Source: a virus | Taxonomy: Duplodnaviria; Caudoviricetes | Reading direction: 5' to 3' (one strand) | Virus record (IMG/VR): IMGVR_UViG_3300045999_001420 | Coordinates: 1-53,546 of that record | DNA: 53,546 nt | Shown here: piece after piece, positions 53,534-53,546 of the stretch | Position numbering within the stretch: the stretch's first letter is position 1 | How the letters are laid out: every line of letters begins with the position of its first letter | Position numbers and translations under genes: made by a program | Notes under the pieces: model-generated | The model's database searches: none | What the model saw: the letters and a program-made list of their open reading frames with translations, nothing else | Told to the model about the DNA's origin: nothing

Positions 53534-53546
53534 AGTATATCCTCTC

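Noticed and set aside
1-53546. Stop-codon recoding, introns or inteins, tRNAs
   Set aside because: Core genes are full length in the standard code with all three stops used; no insertions are evident in terL, polA or helicase; no cloverleaf seen

Overview
The window is most or all of a ~53.5 kb tailed dsDNA phage genome with podovirus-like architecture: no tape measure or sheath, and a nozzle plus large ejection proteins. The host is probably an alphaproteobacterium (inference from gene content and regulatory motifs). The + strand arm (2802-35297) carries terminase, portal, scaffold, capsid, a block of tiny Lys-rich proteins, tail and fibres, lysis genes and ejection proteins, including a 2497-aa polyvalent-type protein. 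The - strand arm (53533 to 35414, plus 2424 to 56) carries early genes, nucleotide-pool enzymes, PolA, a PD-(D/E)XK nuclease, VRR-NUC, an SNF2 helicase, SSB, a primase-helicase and a secreted transglycosylase. An AT-rich iteron region (about 1199-1670) looks like the origin. The strongest non-coding signal is a complete type II hammerhead ribozyme (419-470, - strand) between a stop codon and the next RBS, within an early region built of repeated hairpin-leader cassettes. I saw no integrase, tRNA, CRISPR array or reverse transcriptase. Family names come from motif recognition, not database searches.
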